From Octopus vulgaris (lineage: Eukaryota): a stretch of 64,000 nt of DNA. A program made the translations under genes and the position numbers. The first letter of the stretch is position 1. Each line of letters starts with the position of its first letter. Below the pieces are notes generated by a model. That model ran no database searches. It was not told where the DNA came from and was given only the letters and a program-made list of their open reading frames with translations. The DNA lies in contig OX597816.1 of the NCBI GenBank assembly GCA_951406725.2, forward strand, positions 18,352,001 through 18,416,000. Direction: 5' to 3'. Below are positions 1-15,208 of this stretch, in pieces.

Positions 1-92
1 TCAAATTTACTGCTATTGTTTGTCAACAAGAACCTCCGGCAGTGTATATTTCGTTTGACACATATTTTTAACAACCGTAGCCCTAAAACTCA

Positions 93-212
93 GTTTACGG
101 CCATATCACGTTGAAAGCACCGGTTCTCGTCCGATCACCGAAGTTAAGCAACGTCGAGCCTACTGAGTACTTAGATGGGTGACCGCTTGAGAAACCTAGG
201 TGCAGTAAGCGT
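93..212 (+). rRNA. 5S rRNA: 5S rRNA copy (probably pseudogene; no oligo-T terminator)
   Basis: GTTTACGGCCATATCACGTTGAAAGCACCGGTTCTCGTCCGATCACCGAAGTTAAGCAACG...GATGGGTGACCGC...GTAAGC matches metazoan 5S with box A/C. It is followed by gtcacacatt rather than TTTT. Confidence 0.93.
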
Positions 213-223
213 CACACATTGTT

Positions 224-641
224 AAGGCGGCGAGCTGGCAGAGACGTTAGCACGCCGGGCGAAATGCTTAGCGGTATTTCGTCTGCCGTTACGTTCTGAG
301 TTCAAATTCCGCCGAGGTCGACTTTGCCTTTCATCCTTTCGGAATCGATTAAATAAATACCAGTTACGCACTGGGGTCGATATAATCGACTTAATCCGTT
401 CGTCTGTCCTTGTTTGCCCCCTCTGTGTTTAGCCCCTTGTGGGTAGTAAAGAAATAGGTATTTCGTCTGCCGTTACGTTCTGAGTTCAAATCCCGCCGAA
501 GTCGACTTTGCCTTTCATCCTTTCGGGATCGATTAAATAAATACCAGTTACGCACTGGGGTCGATATAATCGACTTAATCCGTTCGTCTGTCCTTGTTTG
601 TCTTCTCTGTGTTTAGTCCCTTGTGGTCAATAAAGAAATAG
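224..641 (+). mobile_element. SINE family A, head-to-tail partial dimer (unit 224-457 plus repeat of body 458-641)
   Basis: A-box-like GAGCTGGCAGA, B-box-like GAGTTCAAATTCC, central GCCTTTCATCCTTTCGG..CGAT..AA.TACCAG, tail TAAAGAAATAG. Many copies in the window. Confidence 0.9.
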
Positions 642-910
642 GTCAAGGTATTCAGTTCACGATCTTAAGGTCTTCCATACTTGACGGTGTGTTGTACCTT
701 TGAGAAAGAGACTTTATTTCACGTTACTACAGTCCGCTCAATCGGTAAAAAATGTGTAGTAGCTCTATTTGAAAGAGCCAGCTTTATAACATTCTGTTTC
801 ATGCCAAATAGCCCTAAAAACTACGTTAAGGTTACACGTGTCTGCGGTGTGCTCAGCCACTGGCGCATTAATGCCATGAGTGGGATGTTCCGTTGATTGG
901 GTCGTCTGAC
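642..910 (+). mobile_element. Old degenerate tRNA-derived SINE (C/D-related)
   Basis: TTTGAGAAAGAGACTTTATTTCACGTTACTACAGTCCGCTCA resembles the family C central domain TTGAGCAAAACACTTTATTTCACGTTGCTCCAGTTCACTCA. Confidence 0.55.
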
Positions 911-1686
911 GTTAGATTCCAAACCACACACGTGGTTATTCAACTTAGTAGCTTTACTTTTGCACATGTTCTGTTTAGCACAATGATATTAGAAAACGCC
1001 TTCAAATAGCCAGATGAAGCCCCTTTTCTCCACTGCACGCCTGAATTCCAGATATGAAATTTTCAGCGTTTGTAAAGAATGTATACATTCCTGTTGGAAC
1101 ATTATAAATAATATATATAAGAAACACCATACAGCACCAATATAGTTATTAAACAGTATAAGGTAAGATGGTAGAAAGTGGTCGGGAAATCAAAGAACAT
1201 CGATATGATTTAGAATTCACGAAGCAGGCCCCCAAAATGTGGGTAATCGGAATCCTCCGTAGCACAGAAACTGCACGTCGACGATTAGATCTGTCTGTTA
1301 CAAATATTAGGAGTGGAATTCTTCCAGTAGTATTGAGTTTACTAATCAAACCAGTATTTCGGCTGCTCCTAATTGCATTCCTTTTCCATTCGTTTATTTA
1401 TATTATAAATGAAAGTGTGCACACACACACACGAACACGCACACAAACACACACACGCACACACACAAAGACACACATACTCGCGCACGTGTATGGAGAA
1501 TATTTTATCCTTTTCTCCGTTAATTGTATTTCCGTTAAGAATATCTTAAGCAGTTAATAAATTGCATAACGTTTTTGCCTCAGTCATTGATTTTATGTAA
1601 CTGTATGTGCATTTCCACTCATCTTGTCATCGCTTAGTAATATCTCGTTATATTTCTAGTGAGTCATTGTGTCTTTCTAGTAAATA

Positions 1687-3730
<2,044 letters not shown>

Positions 3731-4632
3731 TCATAGAAAAGATTAAGAAGAAAGAAAATGAGAGGGATTGAAAAAAGAAACGGAGATAGAAAAATATATA
3801 TTGGGGATTAACGATTCAGCATGACTATATCTATATAGGTGAGTGTGTGTGTGTCTGTGTGTGTGTATTTCTGTATATATATATTCTGAAATAAATCGAT
3901 ATATATACAAACACACACTCGCATATCTATTATATACGATACCAACAGTTAAAAAATACAGACGACCCGATTGTGGTACATGCCAATACCTAATTGGAGG
4001 CTCGGAATTCATATTCCAGCAAAGACAAAAGTTCTCAATTAAGACCAAATTCACATGTGCTTCCCAGAACCTTATCTGTGTCCTTACCTTCTCAGTTTGT
4101 GGTTACAATTAAGTGGGCCGAATGAGCCTTACTTTACGACGCAGAGTCACGCTGCATAAAGAACAGATTCGTTTCCCTCAAAACAGGCAGATAGCACTGA
4201 GTGGACATATCGACAGATACGCAAGTAATAAAACGCCAAATTTTCATATCGTTCGTTATAAAAATGCAAATATTCAATCTCAATACAAGAACGCCTAAAC
4301 AAGGAAAACCTGTACAAAAAGTACAGACCACACCTCAATATACAAATTTGACCATTTAAAAAATTATACTAACGTGTCAGTTGTCTCTCTTGGCACCTGT
4401 TGCTTCCCTTGGTTCAATCTCTAGACACATTCTTGCTTTTCAAACATCCAAAATAAGGAGACCCCTCTGTCACGAGAATTAATTACTGTACAATGTCACT
4501 TAAAAAGATAACTGAAATAGCGAAAACCGGTTGGATTTCCCAACATCCATATATGTATATATTTATATAAAGATATTAAACTAAATGAAACGAATGCATT
4601 TCTCTTACAATTTTCCACTACATATTTTCAAC

Positions 4633-4756
<124 letters not shown>

Positions 4757-5292
4757 TGTGTATATGTTTGCATCATTTATATTAAGCTAAAGAATGTCAA
4801 GCATCAACAAGATATTATAATACACATCGATATCAATATTTTATTCTTAGAATTGTTAATGAGAGAAAAAATCGATCAGAATGACATTACAACGCTTAAT
4901 TGTGAGGTCCAAAATATGATCTAGAATTCTGTTCTAATTAACATTCTCATCTTCAGTGTAATTCATATTATCGTGACAACGATATGAAATACGTGCCAGA
5001 TTCACAATTCTCAGGTCAAGGATTGTGGCAGCTCATTAGCACTGCACCTTGGCTATTACCAAAAGGCATGTTCTTCAAACGTTGTAGTTCGGAGCGGTAT
5101 ATATTTATATGTGTGTGTATTTAAGCGATTCAGTTTGATAATACGTCATTCCGCGTTCTTCCTTATTCTATAGCCACTGAAGTAAATATATTCGCGCACG
5201 ATTTTTGCGTTGACAAACATATTATTTGGTAAATGTGCAATATACAGCTAGTTAAATATATATCAGATTAAATATATATGGACTCGTGCGGC

Positions 5293-5335
<43 letters not shown>

Positions 5336-5349
5336 GAATTTTGTTATCA

Positions 5350-5465
5350 GTCGCCATGATAGATCGTTAGCCACTACACACATTTTTTTCTCTCCTTGTT
5401 TCTCTCTTTGTTTTTTTCTGTGTCCCTTTCTGTAGAAGAGCGTAGGCTCGAAACGTAAAAGACTA
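5350..5465 (+). mobile_element. Family F repeat with minimal hammerhead-like motif at 5426-5461
   Basis: cttt CTGTAGA A GAGC-gtag-GCTC GAAAC GTA aaag. Upstream TCGCCATGATAGATCGTTAGCCACTAC is shared with other copies. Confidence 0.75.
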
Positions 5466-6321
5466 ATGGAAATGGAAAGCGCCAAAATATATTGAGAAAT
5501 CAGCAAGAGAACCCAGCTTTTGCTTGTTTTCTTGATACAGAGTATGTAAATTAGAAGTAATTCTTTGAATTGCTGTTATATAGAAACGCAATATATTTGT
5601 GTATACATATATATTATATAAATAATATAATATCGCATTAAAATTTTATAAGCTGACAGGATGATGTACTATTCAAAGTACGTTAATCTCGCTGGAATAC
5701 TACAAGGTCAATGAAAGAAACTAAGAAAGAAAACAAAGCGCAAACAGTAAGTACCATAATGTCAGATTAAATACTAATATTGATTTTAGAAAGCAGTCGA
5801 AATTTATTTACTTTCTGTAGAATCGTATAAATCGGTCAACAGCAGCCTACAACGCAGCGCAAAAGAACTTGTTTAACAGAAAACAATTACGATAACGAAG
5901 AAAAATAATAGTGGAAGATGTCAGAGTATTCTTTTGGACATCTCAAAAGAGGTTTGGCCTTACGAAAATTACGTAACAGCTTTTTATTATGATTTCTGTA
6001 AACATATAGTAAGTTTCGTGATCTTGACCGGTTCTTCTGGCGTCATATCGAAATCCTTTCTTTTCAGAAATGATTGTAACTGACAAAATATATTACTCTT
6101 TCCATTCTTGTATCAAGATTATTAACTTATCAGAATTATCTCGTACCTTTATTTTTCGAAACATTTACGGTGTTCTTCAGGTCGTACTGGAATTCGCTGC
6201 TAGCTATCCTGAATGTAACTTTTCGTAGAAATGATAACCAATACCTCCGGATGTGAGTGCACTTGATTATGAATTGGGCGATTGGAACATGCTTTTGTTA
6301 CATTATTTTAATTGCCCGTAT

Positions 6322-6415
6322 GGATGGATGGAAGCACTCCGTCGGTTACGACGATAAACCGCGATCCTACGACCGCGAGTCCGCTGCCCTAACCACTGGG
6401 CCATTGCGCCTCCAC
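6322..6415 (-). mobile_element. Internally deleted mini-SINE (family D tRNA-like head joined to short tail) with 12-bp TSD
   Basis: Reverse complement GTGGAGGCGCAATGGCCCAGTGGTTAGGGCAGCGGACTCGCGG... is flanked by AATTGCCCGTAT (6310-6321) and AATTGGCCGTAT (6416-6427). Confidence 0.8.
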
Positions 6416-7914
6416 AATTGGCCGTATAGCCACGAGCAGACAACGACATCCTCTCGTACACTTATGATCCATTAGAAGATCCAATGTTTAGAAAATAAAT
6501 GTAGAGAAAGTTACAAGCCTTGAGTCAATACTTTTTATGCATTAGGAATAAGAATGTAGATCATTCAGGTACTGTTTCTCTCTTATTTTCTATGTTTTCT
6601 TCAGCTATTTCGGAATGAATTAATTTAGATAGTTGTAGACTAATAATCTGTATTAAACTGTACTCTTCCACGTCTTGCTTGTAATATATACTCTGCATAG
6701 AATCTTTGTATTTATCGTAAATTGGTGTCAATACATGGGTAATAACATGCAAAACAGCTTTAGTTGAAGGTTAACTGAATTCCCAATATATTATTATGAA
6801 ATCCCCGATATGTTTCGAAAAATAAAGGTACGAGACAATTCTGATAAGTTAATAATCTTGATGCAATCGTTTGGCTTCAACATTATTATGAGATCTAATC
6901 GAGTTTTTACCGCTTGTATGACTGATGACTTTTTTTAGAAATGGAAGCTATAGGATCGGAAGAAAAATTGCAAAAATTAGAAGTTTTTTTTTTCTATTGT
7001 CGTTAATTTGCTAACGATGTGAAATCACGCCATCAGCAAATAAACTATATAGAATCCTCAGAAAACGAAGTTTTATATGAGGAAGAAAATTTTAAACAAA
7101 TCACCATATACTCCAATGTATGGGAAACCCTATGCAATCGTTTGGCTTCAACATTATTTATTTTAATTTTGGTTCCGTAATCTTTCGGTTCCAAGGTCGA
7201 ACGTTATTGTATTTCATGATTAAGAGGACGTCAGCTTCACCGACTCCATTTGGATGCTTTTCTCAAAATGTTAAATATTCCAGTTTAAATTACATACCTA
7301 CAATGAAAATACAAATAAATATATAAAATTGAGAATTTTACCAATTATATAAAAAACTGGTTGTCAACATAAACAAATTACTAGATTGTACATGTAAGTG
7401 AAAGAAACAGACTAAATCTTATATTACAATGTGTAACGGAACAAACGAGAAAGGAACACGAGTTAAATCAAGGGAAAATAAAATAAAATGTTAAATGTCA
7501 ACTTGTTTACGGAATATCTATGTATGGCTTTAGAGAAAACCAATAAAACGACTTTTCTTAGGGGGCAAAAAAATGTATGGAAGGTTAATGTACGTTTTAA
7601 ACAAAAAACGTTATCACTATTGAAGCTAATTGACCATCGGGTTATTGGAATCGGAATACTCAGGACTACAGGACTACTTACGCAACGATTGTGTAAAATC
7701 AATTGAGAAAATAGTTGAAAATGTAGTTAAAGTTACAGACTAGTGGAACTGCTTTAATATTTTTACACATACACACACATATGTATATTTTAAAAAAGGT
7801 GTACAGATGGCTTTTATTTTGTTACATCAATATCAATGCCCATATAAAATATACATATACAAATACACACATACACAGACACACACGTATGCACTCACAT
7901 TCGCATACGTATAT

Positions 7915-8065
7915 AGTTGAAATTTACAGAAACACACAAAACATGAAGATGAGTGTATAAACAACAAACAGGTGTATTAATTTAACGCTCGGGAAGGTGA
8001 GAAAATCTTTTTGCATTTCGAGCCTGTGCTCTTCAACGGAAAGGAACACGAAGAAATAAACAGAG
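7915..8065 (-). mobile_element. Family F repeat, degenerate hammerhead-like motif
   Basis: Reverse complement CCTTTCCGTTGAAGAGCACAGGCTCGAAATGCAAAAAG, with flanks homologous to 12600-12690. Confidence 0.7.
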
Positions 8066-8194
8066 AGTATAAAATACCCTTTAGAGTTTTATCTTGACTA
8101 TTGAGTAATTGTAACATATTAGTTTATAGATAAATTTCCTCTATTTACTTAATATTGAGGTCTCTTTCTTTCTTTTGTTATATTACCGTTTTTA

Positions 8195-8246
<52 letters not shown>

Positions 8247-8298
8247 AAAATGAAATCGGAAAATACGCACACTTACATGGTTATTGTATAATTTTTAA

Positions 8299-8335
8299 TG
8301 TATCGACCGGTTTCGCAATCGTTATTCATGATACA
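8299..8335 (-). ncRNA. Degenerate type-I hammerhead-like motif
   Basis: Reverse complement TGTATC atgaataacgattgc GAAAC CG GTC GATACA: 6-bp stem I, palindromic stem III, decayed CUGANGA. Confidence 0.4.
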
Positions 8336-8935
8336 ATGTTTAATTTATATGAAAATATATTTTTCTTAAGAAGAAAATGGGTCCATGTTGTTTCTAATGA
8401 AATTCACGATATATGTGTACATATGTGTACACACACGCGCGGGCACACACACATATACATTACATACATACATACATACATACATACGTACATACACACA
8501 TACATACATACATACATACATACATTCGTCCGTGTATCCTTATATAGAAGGGTGCTGTTTTGGAAAAGATGAGACTAATCCGCGGAACGATGCATGGTGA
8601 CTGAAAACATCACTGTCTCTAAAGATACTAAGCTGACTGAATATATATTCCACATATTTTTAATAACTACAAGCACATTTGCACACGCCTTCATACATTC
8701 ATATGTATTGGCAGGTCCCGTTAGATATAGTTATACATATTGGCGTTCGCACACATACATACACAAACACAGACATACATAGAGAAAAAACATTTCAAAA
8801 ATGTATTCCAAATTAATGCATTATACTAGAAAGCTCTAATTTCAAAGTAATGTTCTAATAGCAGGAAATTAATAATTAGTTAATTAAACAAAATGTATTA
8901 TTATCATAATGAGTTTTCTCCATACACACACGTCC

Positions 8936-8992
<57 letters not shown>

Positions 8993-9033
8993 TATATCTA
9001 TATATATATATATCCTACGCACTAATACTCTCT

Positions 9034-9072
<39 letters not shown>

Positions 9073-9159
9073 ATACATACTAATACATGCTAATACATAC
9101 ACCCACCCTATACATACACACGTCCAGACCTCTCCTACGCACTAATAGCTGGTCATTCA

Positions 9160-9451
9160 ACCCTATTATCAACCCTATTATCTCCCCTTATTTCGCTCTC
9201 GCGTCTCATGTTTGATCTTTGACCTCTGGCCGAAATCAGATCGCCATGTTGATTCGTTAGTTACTGCACGCATTTTTTTCTCTCCTTCTTTCTGTGTTTT
9301 TTTCTCTCTGTGTATCTTTCTGTTGAAGAGCGTAGGCTCGAAACGTTAAAGACTTGTTTTATTTATATTTCCTGAGCGCCATACTAATACTATTGTTTGT
9401 TTGTTTTCCACCTGCCTTCGTCTTTTGTCTATTTTCATAAAGCTTCCCGTT
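9160..9451 (+). mobile_element. Family F repeat with hammerhead-like motif at 9315-9352, ending at (TA)n
   Basis: tcttt CTGTTGA A GAGC-gtag-GCTC GAAAC GTT aaaga. Confidence 0.75.
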
Positions 9452-9491
9452 ATATATATATATATACATGTGTGTGTGTATGTGTATTTGC

Positions 9492-9549
<58 letters not shown>

Positions 9550-9859
9550 GTGTGTGTGTATGTGTGTTTGTATGTATATATATATATATATATGTACTCT
9601 GTAACTACGCTCCATAAGTTTTATATAATTCATCATCCGAACGCAGTCTGCTTTGCTATGCATGTTGTTTTCATGTGAAAATTTCACCAGATTTGGGCTT
9701 TTTCAGGTCTAGTCCTTATTTCTATGCTGAGAGGAGAACCAGGTTGGTCTTTCGAGCCTAGATAATAAGTATAAAAATTTGAAAACCGGTTAAACATATC
9801 CCACTTAACTAATGCCATTGTTGGGATTGGAAAAACGAATGAGATCCCAAAGTTAAGAT

Positions 9860-10191
9860 CAGGGCTGGCCAACCTGAGTGCCGCGGGCTGAATGCTTTAT
9901 ACTTTATACTTTCTTGAGTAAGTATATACTTACTTTCTTGAAATGGGCTTATTTAGACTAACATTTAAAAAAATTATGAAAATTGAAGATTGTAATGAAA
10001 AGTAAAAGAGAAAGATAGTACTGTTTTTGCAAAGATAATATTTCACTTTGAATCAGCGATCATTCATTCCTTATTGTAATGATTGCATGAGAAAACAAAA
10101 TGCATTCAATTTTGTCAGTATACAAGCAGCCATCGGAAAATATTTCTTTGATTAAAATGGCTGACAATGTAATTCGAGTAGGCCAGGCCTG
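9860..10191. mobile_element. hAT-type MITE
   Basis: Imperfect TIRs CAGGGCTGGCCAACCT / AGTAGGCCAGGCCTG, with a degenerate 8-bp TSD GTTAAGAT / GTTAACAC. Confidence 0.6.
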
Positions 10192-10907
10192 GTTAACACT
10201 GAATGACATATTGACATGTATTAGGGATAATAAACAATGGACAATATAGATCTGTTTCGTACATGAAATCGCAAATTAAAACATTTTTCTCTTGCATTTA
10301 ATGTCTTACGAAAGCACAATTTGTACGCGAAATATTCAAACTGCGATGCAATCAAACTCTCTCTGTTTTCCTTTATGCCTCCGATTTCGTCTGTCTGCCT
10401 GCTACTCACTGTGTTACTGCTCTTTTGTCTTTCTTTACCTGCATAATATATATTATATAATCGATCAGACATATTCAGGTTAATTTAATATGCGGGATTA
10501 ATATGGTATGTGAAGTTGACTTATTCTAGAGACAAATATTCATTACATGAGGCATTACCCCTAACAATATCAATAGTATAAGTTGTGATAACATGTCTTG
10601 CTAGAACCCTTTTTTTATTTTAAGTGTTTTACTTTTTGTTTGTTTTGAGAGGGTCATTACGCCAATAATAACACAGTCACTGATTCAATATCACTTATGT
10701 CTTAATTTACAATTGGTTAAATATGTAAATAAGTAACCAACAGATTCAGATAAGAGCTTGAAGAGAAAAGGCAAGTTATTGGAAAGGTTACTGAAAATAG
10801 CGACGGAAAAACTTCGACTAACAGGCAATCAATTTATTGTTTAAGCAGCACTTTAATAAAAAGCAATCGATTATTTAGTTGGTAAGATATATAATCAATT
10901 GACTAAC

Positions 10908-11113
10908 TGTTATATCGCACGTTCGAATGCCTTCTACTCAACTCGACTCAACTCTACTCTGTTCTACTCCTCGACTGCTACTCAACTCTGCTCGACTTAT
11001 ACTCTCTACTTCCGACTGATACTCTCTAGTCTGAACTCTGATGTCTAGGATTCTCCCACTATATCTACGTATTGGACTAGCCTACTTCATCGTCTGGGGG
11101 CGACCACACAGCA
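10908..11113. mobile_element. Solo LTR (~206 bp) with 5-bp TSD CTAAC
   Basis: TG...CA termini, CTAAC on both sides (10903-10907 and 11114-11118), homologous to 54230-54425. Confidence 0.85.
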
Positions 11114-12255
11114 CTAACAATAAAATAGTAATATCAAACCAGTGCATATGTTATTATTGTTAGCGGAATGGTCCTCCCAAGACACAACAAGATTTACTTC
11201 AACACACAAATTCATACAAATGATCTTGTAAACCAAATACAAAAAAGCTTTTGATGCTTGCACGTATAATAGAAAAAACTATTTCTAATCATCTCTTTTT
11301 TTATATATCATATCAAATACTCCATTATAAAAAAATGATCTATTAGCTGATATCTGAGTCTGATTTGGACGCTACTGTAGCAGTTTCAGTTTCCGTCTAG
11401 TACTTATTGGAAAGTATTACAACATGTTTTACATAGCAGGTTATGTTTCATGATGTAGACATTGGCTCAACGTCACGTGTAATAATATTTTCAATTGGCT
11501 TATATGGGTTCACATAAGATAGAGCTCTAATTTGTAATAATAACAGGCTACACTTGTATTCGCCAGTCTCCAGTGTATTCGTATATGCTTTTTCATTTCC
11601 ACTTGTTTGATGAATTAAATATCAGTAGAGTAGTAATCTAATTACATCGGTGTTGCATGTCACCTCCCCAAACTCAGTCTGTATCTACACAAGGGAAATC
11701 AATATTATCGAGTAGAAAGAGAAGTTAGCTCTAAAATCCCTTTCCTTCAGTTCTGTTCCATTAAATCTTAAGCTCGGAGCTAATTATTTTCATAGTTTTT
11801 TTTTGTTTTGCCCAGTTCAGCCCCTGTCGGACTTTTCATCAAAGATATTCCAGCCGTTGATATTAATTCATTCTAGCATGTGTACGAAAGGCTGAATTAT
11901 TATATGCAGGGCTATACAAGAAATAGATACCAATGATAATATATCGGATAAGAGCTGATTGCTCAGTAGCATAATCGGCTCGGGTGTGATATGAAAGGGC
12001 AAAATTGATTGACTAAACTCTGTATTTCTCTGTATATCGCTATTACGGAGGTTACTGTTATTGCCATTTGTGAGACATCTGCTGTTGACAATGTCAAACG
12101 AAGCCGAAATCACGTGTTCTGGTTGTCCTGGATGCGGAAGTCGTAGTGATTATATCTTGGTAAATATCACAGCATTTGTGCATTCTAAAGTAGTTGGGTG
12201 GGAAATATTTTACATTTTGGCATCAACATTGCTGCAATCGATCCCTTTATTTTCT

Positions 12256-12405
12256 ATGTATGTATGTATGTATGTATGTATGTATGTATGTATGTATGTA
12301 TGTATGTATGTATATGTAGGTATGTATGTATCTATCTATCTATCTATCCATCCATCCATCTTTCTATATATCTATCTATCTATCTATCAATCTATCCATC
12401 CATAC

Positions 12406-12470
<65 letters not shown>

Positions 12471-12500
12471 CCTATCTATCTATCTATCTATCTATCTATA
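12256..12500. repeat. (TATG)n then (TATC)n microsatellite
   Basis: Directly visible. Confidence 0.97.
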
Positions 12501-12504
12501 TCGA

Positions 12505-12687
12505 TAGCCACTACGCACATATTTTTTCTCTCCTTGTTTCTCCCTTTGTTTTTATCTGTGTCCCTTTTCTGTAGAAGAACGTAGGCTCGAAACGTTAAAG
12601 ACTTTTTCAAATCCTGAGCGTTAAACTAACATATCTGTTTGTTTTGTACACCACCTATCTTCGTCTTTTGTTTTTTTCGTGAACTCT

Positions 12688-12691
<4 letters not shown>
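12505..12691 (+). mobile_element. Family F repeat with hammerhead-like motif at 12565-12600, ending at (TA)n
   Basis: ttt CTGTAGA A GAAC-gtag-GCTC GAAAC GTT aaag. Confidence 0.75.
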
Positions 12692-12733
<42 letters not shown>

Positions 12734-13095
12734 CCATCTATCTATCTATTTGATGCTATTTTTCTGAAGCGGCTTAACATTCACAAACCATTGCTTCTTA
12801 GCGTCACACAGTAGTGATAATAATAAAACAAACTTGTCAAAAAAGAAGAGTAAATAACAATTTACTCTCTCACCTCATCTCTGTTATTTATTCTCTCTCT
12901 ATCTCTCTGTGTATATTCATTGGAGAGTTGTGAGTATTTACAAATGTTTATGAATACCAAGTCAATGAATAGATATGATTGGGTAACAACTTTTAAAATA
13001 AGAGAGAAAATTTGGCTGAAATGGGGAATGACCGTAAGGGGAAAAAAGAATGTATGTAACAATAGTTGAAACGAAAAGTTTTTGTATAAAATGTA

Positions 13096-13568
13096 CAGTG
13101 CTCCGTGATAATCGCGAATGTTATGTTCGAAAACCTCTAGCAATGGGGGAAAGTTCGCGAAGTAGAAACAGTACTGTACTGTATATATTTGCTATCACTC
13201 TTGCAATTTGTATGTATTTATTTTAATATAAATGCAAAACAATACCTCACACTCGCCTCCCGGCTTTCGTTTTCTATGCAGTATGGGCGATTCCTTGTTT
13301 ACTTATCTTCGGTACACTATGTATTTACTTTTAATATATCTTAATTAATGTGTTATACAGTGCCCTTATTTTACCACTAAATTAATTAAAATATAAAAAA
13401 AAACATAAATTCCTATAGGTCACTGAAATCCGCGATATACTGAGGAGGCCGCGAAATAAATTTACAAATATTAGCCAGAAAAAATTGCGATGTACTGAGT
13501 GCGCACTGGGTGAACCGTGATGTAGTAAGTGCGAAAGAGGTGACCCACGATATGGTGAGTGATTAATA
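13096..13568. mobile_element. Degenerate pogo/Tigger-like MITE
   Basis: Starts TA|CAGTG..CGTGATAATCGCG. The end carries repeated CCGCGATATA-like subterminal motifs and CCACGATATGGTGAGTGATTAATA. Confidence 0.5.
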
Positions 13569-13823
13569 TATACGCTTGGTATGAGTAAAACAAATTGGTA
13601 GACTATGATGAAATTTAGAAATTGATAGTAATTAAAATAGAATAGAATAGACCTAAGCCTAAAATTAAAACTGAAATTGAAATTAAAAATTATAATTGAG
13701 ATTAAAATGAGGAAAGAAATGAAAGTATACTAATAATAAAGGAAGAGAAGAAAAGCAAATAAAATCAGAGAAAAAAGGACCGGTAGAAAAGGGAAGAAAG
13801 GAAAGAGAGGCCATTAGTTTTTA

Positions 13824-13925
13824 AGGTGGTAGAGTAGAAGTAGGGGTACAGGGGCGACGGAGGACACAACATCTATATGTTGTGTCCTCCGTCGCCCCTG
13901 TACCCCTACTTCTACTCTACCACCT
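13824..13925. repeat. Perfect 49-bp inverted repeat with 4-nt loop
   Basis: AGGTGGTAGAG...ACACAACAT ctat ATGTTGTGT...CTCTACCACCT. Confidence 0.97.
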
Positions 13926-14806
13926 ATGATGCATCGAATATATCTTGGATTGAAATGATGGAGGAGGTGAAAACTTGATAGCTTCGTGATAAAAACAGAT
14001 TATATATACATATACTGAACGTGAGAAAATCGGAAGACAATAACAAATACTGAAATTGGAGAGAATAAATGAAGTTCCAACACTCAGACATAGCAAAAGA
14101 TATAAGCCAAAAACATACAGTGTATGTTTGTATGTGAATGTGTATGTATGAATATATATGTGTGTATGTGTGTATGCATATGTATCTGTGTGCGTGTGTG
14201 TATATGAATGTATGTATGTATCAAATCTTTACATTCTTTGTCAATGCATCACAATATGAACATTCCCAATAAGCCTAAAGGAATAACTGCCGAACCTTAA
14301 ATGAAATTTCAAAGACCCAACGATCTGCCCTTTAAATGGTAATTTCCTAGTTAAAGGTGTTGTACTGTAAACAACTTCAAAACAAGGCTTTACTGACACG
14401 AACATTCCTTCACATAACAGAAAACGGACCAGCAACGAGCCTAGCTAAGTACGTATGCCGTCTAAAATCTGTTTCTGCTCCATTTAAATTACAATGGTGT
14501 GCTTTGGGGAAATCTTACAGTTATAGGCATGAGTGCTGGGCAACCTTATGATGCCCATTGCGCCTCAGTTAAAAGTTCCTTATACTTTGTTTATGAGTAC
14601 AAATTTCACGTTTTGTGATGTGAAATCGTGTGTTGAAATAGATATTGCTGCTGAAGAGACCAGGGTATGTATAACGAAAGATTTATTACAAAGGACACTA
14701 AAATAAGAACAATAAAGCTTAAGGAAAGAATGATTATATACTGCGTGCGTTTATTTCGCGAAGAAAATATTCTTAAGCCGAATTATAACAATATTTTATA
14801 CAATTA

Positions 14807-15208
14807 TAGGAGTAAGATAGGCTGTGTGGTAAATAGCTGGCTTACAAACCACATGGTTCCGTGTTCAGCCCCACAGTGTGTCACCTTGGGCAAGTGTATT
14901 CTACCTTATCCTCGGGCCGAACAAAGCCTCGTGAGTGGATTTGCTAGACGGAAACTGAAAGAAGCCCGTCGTATGTATGTATATGTATATAAGTGTGTTT
15001 GTTTGTGTGTCTGTGTTTGTCTCTCCCCAACATCGCTTAACAATCGATGCTGGTGTGTTTACGTCCCCGGAACTTAGCGGTTCCACAAAAGAGACCGATT
15101 GAATAATTACTAGGCTTACAAAGATTAAGTCCTGGAGGGGGATTTTCTCGACTAAAGGCGGTGCTCCAGCATGGCCACAGTCAAGTGACTGAAACAAGTA
15201 AAAGAGTG
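14807..15208 (+). mobile_element. SINE family B (tRNA head, CORE-like CCTTGGGCAAGTG, internal microsatellite, tail GACTGAAACAAGTAAAAGAG)
   Basis: Homologous to 25492-25908 and the other B copies. Confidence 0.9.

Noticed and set aside
79-821. TAGCCCTAAAA at ~79 and ~809 as a TSD around the 5S+SINE unit
   Set aside because: The second copy lies inside an older SINE, far from the family A tail, so it is probably coincidence.
11868-12200. ORFs containing CSGCPGCGS or the 81-aa minus-strand ORF
   Set aside because: No recognisable domain or good splice boundaries.
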